IMG/VR virus record: IMGVR_UViG_3300031949_000056
Span: 1 to 50,268 of that record
Direction: 5' to 3' (one strand)
Length of the DNA: 50,268 nucleotides
DNA from: a virus
Taxonomy: Duplodnaviria; Caudoviricetes
Below, in pieces: positions 1-8,719 of the stretch. The notes under the pieces are model-generated. The model saw only the letters and a list, made by a program, of their open reading frames with translations, was not told the origin of the DNA and did no database searches. Every line of letters starts with the position of its first letter. Position 1 is the stretch's first letter. The position numbers and the translations under genes were made by a program.

Positions 1-1
1 T

Positions 2-14
2 GAAAAGGGCGCTC
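2..14. repeat. Left terminal 13-nt direct repeat GAAAAGGGCGCTC (putative cos overhang)
   Basis: Identical to 50256-50268. Confidence 0.75.
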
Positions 15-33
15 CCCGCGCGATTACAAAGTA

Positions 34-40
34 AGGACCC
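34..40 (-). promoter_or_regulatory. cosQ-like element GGGTCCT
   Basis: Same 7-mer as lambda cosQ. It lies 19 nt before the terminal repeat on the strand that reads into terS/terL across the junction. Confidence 0.55.
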
Positions 41-574
41 AATTTAATCGCATTAGATACCCTCTGTTGCACGATCGATTTTACATCGCGTGGATGATGC
101 CCAGCAATTCAATCGTCGATCCTGGGGCATTGTGGCGCGTGGGTATTATTGCCCACTTTTCTTTCGCATTCTGTTAGCGTCTCCTGCGTGGCACAGAATT
201 GATTAGGTGCATACACCTTGTCACCGACGTGTCTGCATCTTGGCACCTTCCGTCACGTGCCCTTACATCGCAACGGTGCTCCCGTTTGTGTGCCATTTGC
301 TTGACGCACGCGTGCCGCCCGCTCCCTGCATTAGTTAAGCTGCCATATGTTCTATCGCAGACATTGCTATGGGCGCATTCTCGTTGTTCCAGCATGCCCA
401 ACAACATTTGATACATCATTTGATACATCGTCATTACCGATCTCCTGTGTTGGCCGCTAGTGCATTCCGTTAATGCACTTATCCATACCGACGCAGATTA
501 AGCAAGCGCACAACACGACCGCCGTGATTTGCAGCGTTCGCCGCATAAACCCACTCCAGGACATGATGCAATCC

Positions 575-880
575 TTAATCATTTCGCAATCCGCCATTGC
601 CACCAGCCAGGCGAGCAATGACGACGTGTTGCCCTTTTGCGATTTCCGCTCGGAACGTTCGTATCGCCCTCTGGATTTCTATTTCCATTGACACGGCTTC
701 TTGGCAGGCGCCCAATAATTGCGATTCGGTTTTTACGATTTGCGGCACGTTCTTTTCTTGATGCGCCTGCCCCCACGCGGCAGCAAGGTGGTACACGATT
801 TGCAGACGGGCGAGCTTTTCGCGAATCTTCTCCTGAATATGATCGGGCAGGGGGGTTTCCGGTGATAGCAATTGCATCAT
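575..880 (-). CDS. Hypothetical protein
   Basis: Helical 101-aa ORF co-oriented downstream of the MT-A70 gene. Confidence 0.5.
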   Translation of the reverse strand: MMQLLSPETPLPDHIQEKIREKLARLQIVYHLAAAWGQAHQEKNVPQIVKTESQLLGACQEAVSMEIEIQRAIRTFRAEIAKGQHVVIARLAGGNGGLRND

Positions 881-940
881 ATGCCGTTCCTTCCTGTTTT
901 TTCAAAGCGATTTCCACTGTTCGTCGAAGGAATATTCCAT

Positions 941-1993
941 TCAAGATTCCTCCACCGATACCAACAAATCGCTCTCAACCTCGTTTCCCCACACGGTCCA
1001 GCCCTCTATTTCGCGCCGTCCGAACAACTCAAGATAGGGGCTGGGGCTGACCTTTTCTACGATCTGCCGCATGGCTTCCGGTTTTCGACTATGCTCAGTG
1101 CGCGGCAATTCTGCCCAACTCATTTGACCATGATTGTCAAACGTAAGATTGCCGCGAACTCCAAGCAACAAAAACTCATGCGATACCCGCCAATAGTTGC
1201 CGATCCCCATTTGTGGTTTGACCCACACGAAGCAACTCTTGTAGGTGAAACCCCATGCGTCGATGACCTCCTTAGCGTGAAACAAAAAGGCATTCGTCGT
1301 CCAAAGGTGCAGATGCGATTGCTCGGCGGCAAGCGTCGCTATCGGCAGCGCGGCGATCTCGTCAACCGACATCGTCACGTAGTGATTGTCTGTCGCGGAT
1401 CGCGTGGTCTGATTCCCGTATTTCCACGGTGGGTCGGCATAAATCGTGCCGAAGCATTGCCCGGATTGCAGCAGAGTGTCCAACGTCACGATGCGGGACG
1501 TATTGACCACGTCAGCCGCTCGTTCATTTCGCCGGATAACCTTCGCCAAGCCCAGAACCGAAGCCGTTGTCAACTCCTTGTGATGTCCCTTAGCCTCTGC
1601 GATATGCGCCTCGAACCGATCTTCAGGCACCGACGCGATACGCTGCCAACGGGAGGATTCATCCCGCGTGATACCAAGTTCGGGAAGTGTTCCTACAGGA
1701 CGGGAAATTGTCGCATCGTGCGACCATTCTTTCGATGGCCGCCCCGCGTGCAAATCACGCTCTTTCAGCAGCTCCCCCGCCCGCCGCTCGGCACGAATTT
1801 TAATCTCGGCACACTGATTCTGCATTTCCAGCGAAGATCCGATTTGCCTGTGGTAAGCACGAAGCGCCTCGGCCTTGTCCCGAATGCCTTTGACTTCATC
1901 AACCCGCGTGGCTAATGCCAATTCACGTTTCGCGATTTGAAAATGGGTAAGGCTCGATTTGCTTTCGCACACTGGTTCTGGTATTTCGCCCAT
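941..1993 (-). CDS. MT-A70 family N6-adenine methyltransferase with N-terminal helical DNA-binding extension
   Basis: IYADPPW, HLHLWTTN, WGFTYK..FVWVK, EFLLLGVRG, HSRKP and YLELFGR motifs. Confidence 0.9.
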   Translation of the reverse strand: MGEIPEPVCESKSSLTHFQIAKRELALATRVDEVKGIRDKAEALRAYHRQIGSSLEMQNQCAEIKIRAERRAGELLKERDLHAGRPSKEWSHDATISRPVGTLPELGITRDESSRWQRIASVPEDRFEAHIAEAKGHHKELTTASVLGLAKVIRRNERAADVVNTSRIVTLDTLLQSGQCFGTIYADPPWKYGNQTTRSATDNHYVTMSVDEIAALPIATLAAEQSHLHLWTTNAFLFHAKEVIDAWGFTYKSCFVWVKPQMGIGNYWRVSHEFLLLGVRGNLTFDNHGQMSWAELPRTEHSRKPEAMRQIVEKVSPSPYLELFGRREIEGWTVWGNEVESDLLVSVEES

Positions 1994-2067
1994 CGGTCAA
2001 ATATCCTTTCATGTTTGACCCATGCGGCTGATCGCCCCCGCGATGCAGCCGCTATTTTCTCATGCCG

Positions 2068-2430
2068 TCATCCCGGCTTTCTCGATCGCCATTCGGCCAG
2101 CGGGTCGACCGTCTTCTGCGACTCGATCACGATCCGCGAACGAGCCGACGGGGTCAAGCCGAACTCCTGTTCGAGGCGGAGCAATTGCGTAAGCCACTTA
2201 TCGAACTGCTTAGCCTGCGGATACGCCGTCCATTTCGTTTCCCCCGATTGCAACACCGCCTCAACGTCGGCAACCGTCAACACACCCATCGCCCGTGGAT
2301 TTGCACGTTGTGACGACTCCACTGAGTCGTGCGTTACCTCGCGGTCCGCCGATTTTGGTTTTGCCAGGTTGACCGTCAGGGGCTGGGATGATCGTTATGG
2401 AACGTATCGGCTTCAGCAGACATCCCCAAT
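2068..2430 (-). pseudogene. Degenerate P27-family terminase small subunit relic
   Basis: MGVLTVADV...EQEFGLTPSARSRI matches the P27 terS C-terminus. A GQPGK stretch (GNPGK-like N-terminus) lies upstream in a different frame. The 5' boundary is approximate. Confidence 0.55.
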
Positions 2431-2623
2431 TGATGACCGAACCATCAGGCACGATCACGTCGTCGTCCGGGCCAGGCAATCCACTGGGCTCGTAGTTTCG
2501 CGGATCACACGGATTTCCGGAAACCGTTCCAACCCATTTGAATTCGCTCATAATTTATGCTCCTACCGTAGTTTACGCATCGACTCCATCGTCCGCAACC
2601 CCTGTTACGAAGCGTCACGCCCG

Positions 2624-2914
2624 TCACACCCGTGGCCCACAATCGCCCAGGACGCACGATCTCGCGTCCGAACGTAAAAACACCCCACCCGCCCGCCGAT
2701 CGTCGATTGGCGGGGCCTTTCCGGCGTCCTGCCACGTAACGGACAGGCACCGGGCCTGATAGATTCGCCCCAGCCGTCTGAGCAAGTTCTTGAGGTAGTC
2801 GGTAATTCGAGCGTCGGAGTCCGGCAGGGTCCATCGCAGGACGATTTTGACCTCGATCAGCCGCTCGACTATCGGGATCGGCGTAGCCCCTACGTGCCTC
2901 ATTTTGCTGGCCAT
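2624..2914 (-). CDS. Hypothetical protein
   Basis: AAGGAG RBS before ATG at 2914; LKNLLRRLGRIYQARCL motif. Confidence 0.6.
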   Translation of the reverse strand: MASKMRHVGATPIPIVERLIEVKIVLRWTLPDSDARITDYLKNLLRRLGRIYQARCLSVTWQDAGKAPPIDDRRAGGVFLRSDARSCVLGDCGPRV

Positions 2915-2974
2915 TTTCAGAAATCTCCTTTTGAAGCATATGCGGAATACACAAAAAACGACAACCGGGTTTCG

Positions 2975-3290
2975 AGCGCCTAAGATGCTCAAAATCCGCC
3001 TAAGATGCTCAAGACACCCAGGATTTGAGCATCTTAAGGAATTATCGACGAATTACAGCCTTATTTTGCCTCTCCCTCACGCGCGGACTCCACGGACATA
3101 ATAATATAATACTTATATATATATCCAAGATAGAACACTGTGATACAGAATTACGAAAGTAAGACAAATACGACTCTATGTTTATCGGCACTTGAAAGGA
3201 GACCTCTTTTAAGTGTAGGTAGAAAATATCGAAAATCCATTAAGATGCTCAAATCCTATAGTTGACGGGGTGGTTTGAGCACCTTAGCAG
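2975..3290. promoter_or_regulatory. Putative replication origin (iterons plus AT-rich core)
   Basis: TAAGATGCTCAA at 2981, 3001 and 3241; inverted at 3025; inverted variant at 3275. AT-rich run at ~3098-3125. Directly downstream of the helicase gene. Confidence 0.65.
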
Positions 3291-4566
3291 GCAGTCGGTA
3301 GCACCATTTTCCGGTGCTTCCGTACCCTTGCTTGTAGGATTCCGCCTCTAGTGAATCGAGTGCTCTGCGAATTGTGGCATTGGAGAACCCCGCGTCCCTG
3401 GATTCGATTTTGAGTTCGGCGGTCGATATGCCCTCGTCGCCCATAAACGCGACCAGCCATTGAGCGGCTCGTTTGACCGCGCTTGCGTCGTCCGTGGCGT
3501 CGCGGCCGGCCCGTTTTTCGGCGGCCCCCTCGGCGGCCAGTGCCTGCTGTGCGGTCATCTCCACGGGGTCGATCGACCAATACACGCATCCTATCGGGCC
3601 GACCCCCTCTACGTGTTCCGATTCGATGGTGTAGGCCAGGCCCTTGGCGGGGTGGAATGGGTTGCATTTCGTGGGCAACATGAGTCGTCTGGTCGGGTCT
3701 TTCGGGTCACGGCACACCATCCAGTTCGCCCGTGCGGCCGCGACGAATGCGAGCGAGCCGGTGGCCCGATAAATGGCATTGGTTCCGCCTGATTTGTTCA
3801 GGTGCGTCACGCACACCAACGCGACTCCGGTGCTCTCCGCGAACTCGCAGAGAGGGGTCAGCAGGCCGCGAATGTCCGTGTTGCGGTGTGAATCAACTTT
3901 CCCGCAGTAGGCCGACACTGGGTCGATGATGACCAACCGCGTGTCGGGCATGGACGTGACCGCCTCGCGGAGTGCCGGCAGGTCGGTGCCCAGGGAGAAT
4001 GTACTGGCGGTGGCACCGTCTTGCTCGGTGACGTGGCGAACGGCCTGGAGCACGTAAACTCGATCGGGGTCGCCCCGGCAGGCGTCCAGGCGTGGGCGCA
4101 CGGTGTAGGCCAGATCGTCCTCGGCGGTGAGGATCACCACGTCACCGACCTCGTTATGCTCACCATCGGGCCACGGTTCGCCTCGGCTGACCCGCGCGGC
4201 CATATCGAGGGTGATGAACGACTTCCCTGTGCCGGGATCTCCGTAGATCATGGAGACCATGTGTCGCGGGAATCGGTTCCGCCAGAGCCATCGAATGGGC
4301 AGTGGGGCGACGGCGGATAAACGTGTACCGATGATGCGGGAAGAGAGAGGGGCCCGTCCGTTTCCGCCGACAATGGCGGCCTCGGTCGACTCGGTCCCCG
4401 GCGGCCCTGGCGGTTGCAGGATGCCCGACTCGGCGGCGTCGAGGGCGGACATCGCGTTAAATTCATCGTAGGAAACAGATGGGAGTGGACGGGTTTGAGG
4501 TTCGGGGTCGAGGCTGGTTCCAGGCACCGACCACCAGGCGTATTGCTCATGGGGCGAGCTGCTCAT
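3256..4566 (-). CDS. AAA_25/RepA-like replicative helicase-ATPase
   Basis: Walker A GDPGTGKS, TAEDD, Walker B LVIIDP, THLNK, GSLAFVAAAR; C-terminal wHTH-like region. Confidence 0.85.
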   Translation of the reverse strand: MSSSPHEQYAWWSVPGTSLDPEPQTRPLPSVSYDEFNAMSALDAAESGILQPPGPPGTESTEAAIVGGNGRAPLSSRIIGTRLSAVAPLPIRWLWRNRFPRHMVSMIYGDPGTGKSFITLDMAARVSRGEPWPDGEHNEVGDVVILTAEDDLAYTVRPRLDACRGDPDRVYVLQAVRHVTEQDGATASTFSLGTDLPALREAVTSMPDTRLVIIDPVSAYCGKVDSHRNTDIRGLLTPLCEFAESTGVALVCVTHLNKSGGTNAIYRATGSLAFVAAARANWMVCRDPKDPTRRLMLPTKCNPFHPAKGLAYTIESEHVEGVGPIGCVYWSIDPVEMTAQQALAAEGAAEKRAGRDATDDASAVKRAAQWLVAFMGDEGISTAELKIESRDAGFSNATIRRALDSLEAESYKQGYGSTGKWCYRLPAKVLKPPRQL

Positions 4567-4901
4567 TTGATTTCGCCTCTTAACCTCCTGACGCAGGGGT
4601 GGGCGGCGATGATTCCAACGCACGTGGTGCAGACCTCGGCGACGTGCAATCGGATTAGCCCGAGTTCAATTTGATCCTGGCTCTGTCCCGGTTCGAGATC
4701 ACGATAGCCCGCTGTCCGTATAGCTGCGATAGCGTCGAAAAATTGGAACGTACGAAACGGGCAGGCGTCCGGGAAGTGAGTGACGATCGGGGTTGCGTGG
4801 AGCGGGCAGACGGGAAACGGAGCAGGGGGCATCCTACCACCCTTCACGGGCGGCGCGTCGGCAACGGCGGGGCTTGACCGACGTGCGCACGCCGAATACA
4901 A
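4563..4901 (-). CDS. Hypothetical protein
   Basis: Stop overlaps the helicase start; start uncertain. Confidence 0.45.
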   Translation of the reverse strand: MYSACARRSSPAVADAPPVKGGRMPPAPFPVCPLHATPIVTHFPDACPFRTFQFFDAIAAIRTAGYRDLEPGQSQDQIELGLIRLHVAEVCTTCVGIIAAHPCVRRLRGEIK

Positions 4902-4956
4902 CCCCGCTCGTCACCGAAAACGCCGACGCCGAACCTACCGAGAGGCAAGGTCGGCG

Positions 4957-5235
4957 TCAACTTTGCGCGAAAGTTCGTGCCTTTTGCGAATCCGCGTCAA
5001 CGTTGATCGCGTCCAGTCCGCAGAGATCATAAACGTCGCGCCGAATCTCCAAACCGCTGCGTGCGTCGAGAATGCCCAGGCCACACAGGCCATCAAACAC
5101 CTCTAATATGCCCGCCGTCGCGGACGCGTTCATGTGCCCCGAAACGGCAGGGCCATACTCACGCCTATTGAATTCACGTAGGTTGATTATGTGCGCGACG
5201 ATGTGAGCGCGTTCCTCATCCGTCAGTCGTTGCAT
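4957..5235 (-). CDS. Hypothetical protein
   Basis: RBS-like AGGT upstream; protein-like composition. Confidence 0.6.
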   Translation of the reverse strand: MQRLTDEERAHIVAHIINLREFNRREYGPAVSGHMNASATAGILEVFDGLCGLGILDARSGLEIRRDVYDLCGLDAINVDADSQKARTFAQS

Positions 5236-5256
5236 TTGACCTACCTGTTCTACCCG

Positions 5257-5478
5257 CTATCCTGCGAGCGTTAGTTTGTGTGTCACGGTAGACGGCGGGC
5301 CGGGGTGTTCCCGGCCCGCTGCGTTTTGGGGCACAACCACCGGCGCACACGTGCAATTTCTCGTCCGCAATAGACAGCCCACGCACATTCGCCAACGGCG
5401 GGTGTGATCTGGGTCCCGCCATCCAATGAGTCGCCTCGTGAACCAGTCTCGTCCGCATTTGCATTTGCCGCGTACCAC
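5257..5478 (-). CDS. Small Cys-rich (Zn-binding) protein
   Basis: GTG overlaps the upstream TAG; CKC, CVGC and CTC motifs. Confidence 0.45.
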   Translation of the reverse strand: MVRGKCKCGRDWFTRRLIGWRDPDHTRRWRMCVGCLLRTRNCTCAPVVVPQNAAGREHPGPPSTVTHKLTLAG

Positions 5479-5864
5479 TATCCCGCCTCCGGATTTTTGC
5501 TCGGCCGTCCGCGCTTCCTGTCTCCGGGGCCGTAGACGAGCAGCCCGGTTTTCCGTGGGGTGACGTGAATTTCGATCCCATCGACCATGAATTTGCACGA
5601 GCCGTCGGAATTCCGTTGAATGTCCGAACCGTCGATGATATCGCGAAGTGTTTCGGCCAAGCCTTTCGCCTTCTCGTCGTACTTTTTTGCCCCACGTGAC
5701 GCGGCCAGGTACTCTTTCGCGATGGGCAGAATCCTCTCCGCGTCCTCGCCCAGGACCTCGAACAGGGTCCCTTGTTCACTGTCGTCGTTCTCGTCGGATT
5801 CCTCAACCTCATCGTTTTCCACCGCCACGTCGTCCGCCGTGTTTTTCGGTTTTTTCGCCATCAT
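5478..5864 (-). CDS. Acidic N-terminus / AT-hook-like C-terminus protein, putative DNA binding
   Basis: AAGGAG RBS; D/E-rich N-terminus; RKRGRPSK near the C-terminus. Confidence 0.7.
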   Translation of the reverse strand: MMAKKPKNTADDVAVENDEVEESDENDDSEQGTLFEVLGEDAERILPIAKEYLAASRGAKKYDEKAKGLAETLRDIIDGSDIQRNSDGSCKFMVDGIEIHVTPRKTGLLVYGPGDRKRGRPSKNPEAG

Positions 5865-5873
5865 GCAAGCTCC

Positions 5874-6080
5874 TTAACTATTAAGCCGTTCTGGTTCGCG
5901 TCCCTCACGTGGGGGCGCGGTCCGAATGCGTTTCGGCATTTTCACACCATGTTCACGGCACGCAAACGCGACCGTCCACTCGCCGACACGGTACTCGCAC
6001 ATAATCGCGTCGAGGTCGGTCCCCGCCTGCGCCGCCGTGGCGATGCACGCCCGACGGAGAGCACTCATCTTTCGTGTCAT
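5874..6080 (-). CDS. Small HTH-like protein
   Basis: ATGA-coupled to the upstream gene; helix-turn-helix-like spacing (DLDAIMCEYRVGEWTVAFAC). Confidence 0.5.
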   Translation of the reverse strand: MTRKMSALRRACIATAAQAGTDLDAIMCEYRVGEWTVAFACREHGVKMPKRIRTAPPREGREPERLNS

Positions 6081-6295
6081 GGGTCTGCCACCAAATTCCC
6101 GCGCTCCGCCTCCGCTCGCCGGGCTCGATTTCGCGCGTTGATGCGCGCGACCGCCAGGGCCAGGCACTCGCGGCAGAGCGACAGCGGTTTCCCGCGTTTT
6201 TTGGCAACCTGTCGATGGCCCGGACAGCGCGGACACCGCCCCTGGGCCTGCCAGTTCCGATAATAAATTCGTTGTCGTTCGGCTGCTGTCGCCAT
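6077..6295 (-). CDS. Basic zinc-finger protein, probably leaderless
   Basis: CPRC...CREC, Arg-rich; ATG at the predicted +1 of the leftward promoter. Confidence 0.65.
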   Translation of the reverse strand: MATAAERQRIYYRNWQAQGRCPRCPGHRQVAKKRGKPLSLCRECLALAVARINARNRARRAEAERGNLVADP

Positions 6296-6301
6296 GATTC
6301 C

Positions 6302-6329
6302 AAAATACCACGCGGTTTCGGGCCGTCAA
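6302..6329 (-). promoter_or_regulatory. Leftward sigma70-like promoter
   Basis: TTGACG-16 bp-TATTTT with TGn extended -10. Confidence 0.6.
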
Positions 6330-6331
6330 AC

Positions 6332-6369
6332 AGATTTCTCAAGATTTCTCAAGATTTCTCAAATTTCTC
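6332..6369. repeat. Tandem 10-bp repeat AGATTTCTCA x3 plus a partial copy, between the divergent promoters
   Basis: Seen directly; period is about one helical turn. Confidence 0.9.
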
Positions 6370-6398
6370 TTGCGTCCGCCGAATCCATGGTGTATATT
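6370..6398 (+). promoter_or_regulatory. Rightward sigma70-like early promoter
   Basis: TTGCGT-17 bp-TATATT. Confidence 0.7.
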
Positions 6399-6442
6399 GA
6401 GGGTGTCGGTCGGGTGACCGACGAGAAATGAGAGGAAAAAAA

Positions 6443-6955
6443 ATGAGGAACTGGACGCCCGAGACCTGGTGTGCGGGAATCGCGACGGAGGATGGGATCT
6501 ACTGGCGAGAGTCCTGCGACGAGGATGAGCGAATCACCGTACCCGCCGCCGCGGAGTGGCAGTCGTACGGCCTACGCGGCGGCAATGCGGGTGACCTGCT
6601 CGTGACCGGAGCGGGTCCAGGGAATTCGCATCGGACCGGCAGCGGCGTGGGCGACGCGTGGCGAACCGGCGGCGGCGATGGCAATGCGCATCGAACCGGC
6701 AGCGGCGCGGGCGACGCGCATCGGACCGGCAGCGGCGTGGGCAGCGCGAATCGAACCGGCAGCGGCGCGGGCGACGCGTGGCGAACCGGCAGCGGCGCGG
6801 GCGGCGCGTGGCGTCTGGACGGCGGCGTGGGCAGCGCGTGGCGAACCGACGACGGCGTGGGCGACGCGAATCGAACCGGCAGCGGCGCGGGCGACGCGTG
6901 GCGAACCGGCAGCGGCGTGGGCGGCGCGAATCACTCTGAGGTGTCGGTCGGGTGA
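6443..6955 (+). CDS. 10-aa repeat protein, paralog 1 (10 repeats), predicted beta-solenoid
   Basis: 63-aa conserved N-cap followed by R-x-x-x-G-x-G-x-A-[WNH] repeats. Confidence 0.85.
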   Translation: MRNWTPETWCAGIATEDGIYWRESCDEDERITVPAAAEWQSYGLRGGNAGDLLVTGAGPGNSHRTGSGVGDAWRTGGGDGNAHRTGSGAGDAHRTGSGVGSANRTGSGAGDAWRTGSGAGGAWRLDGGVGSAWRTDDGVGDANRTGSGAGDAWRTGSGVGGANHSEVSVG

Positions 6956-6980
6956 CCGACGAGAAATGAGAGGAAAAAAA

Positions 6981-7652
6981 ATGATGACTGAGATGATGCA
7001 AACAAATGTAGCGCTGCCGTACGGGGTGACGCCTGAGTGCCCGACCGCGGCATTGCTGCGTCGGATCGACGCGGAGCTGGAGTCGCGTGGATTGTGGCTC
7101 TGTTGGTTCCGTTCCGCCAAATCGTCGAATCCTGCCAACGTGACCATCACGGCGGCGATTTTCCCGCGCGGCGTGCGGACCACCAGCCACGGCCGCGAAT
7201 GCCGGCAGATTCTCGCGTCGTGGAGGTGGTGTCCGCGAGTCGGGAAAACCGCACGCAGCGCCCAATACCGCGACCTGCTGGACGCGTGGAACGCGTATCT
7301 GGCACCCGAGCAGGTGAACCCGCCCAGCGTAATCGCCGCGATCGACGACGCACCCGATTTCGACGCTGAGCAGCGAGCCATCGCCACCGCCGGGGCGACA
7401 TGCGACCTCCTCATCGATCTGCCTCGCGATGCCAGTCGCTGCTGGTCAATCCACTGTTCAAAATTCAACGATAACGCCACGCGAGTTTATGCGCAGATTG
7501 CACGGCGATTAGGTCTGGTCTGGGAGCGCGGGGCTCGACGGCACTACGTGGTGGGGCGCCCTCAACTGAGCGCGACTTACGCCGCTCTCGCGCGCCACGG
7601 ATTCGTTGTCGCCCTGGGTTCGGACGCGATGCTGACCTACAACAGCGACTGA
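6981..7652 (+). CDS. Hypothetical protein (cassette 2)
   Basis: Hairpin and GAGG RBS before the ATG. Confidence 0.75.
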   Translation: MMTEMMQTNVALPYGVTPECPTAALLRRIDAELESRGLWLCWFRSAKSSNPANVTITAAIFPRGVRTTSHGRECRQILASWRWCPRVGKTARSAQYRDLLDAWNAYLAPEQVNPPSVIAAIDDAPDFDAEQRAIATAGATCDLLIDLPRDASRCWSIHCSKFNDNATRVYAQIARRLGLVWERGARRHYVVGRPQLSATYAALARHGFVVALGSDAMLTYNSD

Positions 7653-7746
7653 TTTGACCCGTCCTACCGCGCCCTCCGGGGCGCGGACTGACGGGCCGAG
7701 TGGCCCCATTTAGCCGATCGGCTGACCGGCGAGCAGAACGGAGGAA

Positions 7747-8001
7747 ATGATGAAAACAAAAACAGTTCCAGGGCGATTGCCCGTCGTGATCCTAGGACCG
7801 ATCATGGATCGCGCGGCGCGGTGGTATGGGAAATACCACCTCAACGCGTCGCGGGATGGGATCACATTCGGGCCGTACGATACGGTCGAGGCCGCGTGCG
7901 CGGCTATCGAGGCGGTTGGTGGATATCGCCGTCGCATCCCTGATCCGAAATCCGGTCCGCACTACGATTACGTCGGCCGGGATGATGAGTTTGCGGACTG
8001 A
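7747..8001 (+). CDS. Hypothetical protein (cassette 3)
   Basis: GGAGG RBS; flanked by 22-bp direct repeats. Confidence 0.75.
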   Translation: MMKTKTVPGRLPVVILGPIMDRAARWYGKYHLNASRDGITFGPYDTVEAACAAIEAVGGYRRRIPDPKSGPHYDYVGRDDEFAD

Positions 8002-8058
8002 CGGGCCGAGTGGCTCGTGCCGGTCGGGTGACCGGCGGGAAAACAACGGGAGAAAAAA

Positions 8059-8691
8059 ATGAGGGACTGGACGCCTGAGACCTGGTGTGCGGGAATCGCG
8101 ACGGAGGATGGCATCTACTGGCGAGAGTCCTGCGGCGAGGATGAGCGAATCACCGTACCCGCCGCCGCGGAGTGGCAGACGTACGGCCTACGCGGCGGCG
8201 GTGCAGGTGACCTGCTCGTGACCGGAGCGGGTCCAGGGAATTCGCATCGAACCGGCAGCGGCGCGGGCGACGCGTGGCGTCTGGACAGCGGCGTGGGCAG
8301 CGCGTGGCGGACCGGCAGCGGCGTGGGCGACGCGCAGCGTCTGGAAAGCGGCGCGGGCGACGCGAATCGGACCGGCAGCGGCGTGGGCGACGCGTGGCGT
8401 CTGGGCAGCGGCGTGGGCAGCGCGTGGCGAACCGGTAGCGGCGCGGGCGACGCGTGGCGAACCGGCAGCGGCGCGGGCGACGCGAATCGGACCGGCAGCG
8501 GCGCGGGCGACGCGTGGCGTCTGGAAAGCGGCGTGGGCGACGCGAATCGGACCGACGGCGGCGCGGGCGACGCGTGGCGTCTGGAAAGCGGCGCGGGCGA
8601 CGCGCATCGGACCGGCAGCGGCGCGGGCGACGCGCAGCGTACCGGCAGCGGCGCCGGCGACGCGAATCGCTCTGAGGAGTCGGTCGGGTGA
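8059..8691 (+). CDS. 10-aa repeat protein, paralog 2 (14 repeats)
   Basis: Same N-cap as paralog 1; 30-bp tandem units. Confidence 0.85.
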   Translation: MRDWTPETWCAGIATEDGIYWRESCGEDERITVPAAAEWQTYGLRGGGAGDLLVTGAGPGNSHRTGSGAGDAWRLDSGVGSAWRTGSGVGDAQRLESGAGDANRTGSGVGDAWRLGSGVGSAWRTGSGAGDAWRTGSGAGDANRTGSGAGDAWRLESGVGDANRTDGGAGDAWRLESGAGDAHRTGSGAGDAQRTGSGAGDANRSEESVG

Positions 8692-8719
8692 CCGGCGGGA
8701 AAACAACGGGAGAAAAAAA

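Noticed and set aside
174-434. Cys/His ORF near cos as an HNH nuclease, and a 12-bp tandem repeat CATTTGATACAT at ~404-429
   Set aside because: No HNH spacing; the repeat has only two copies and no supportable function
872-1915. 347-aa plus-strand ORF
   Set aside because: Antisense shadow of the MT-A70 gene, with no motifs
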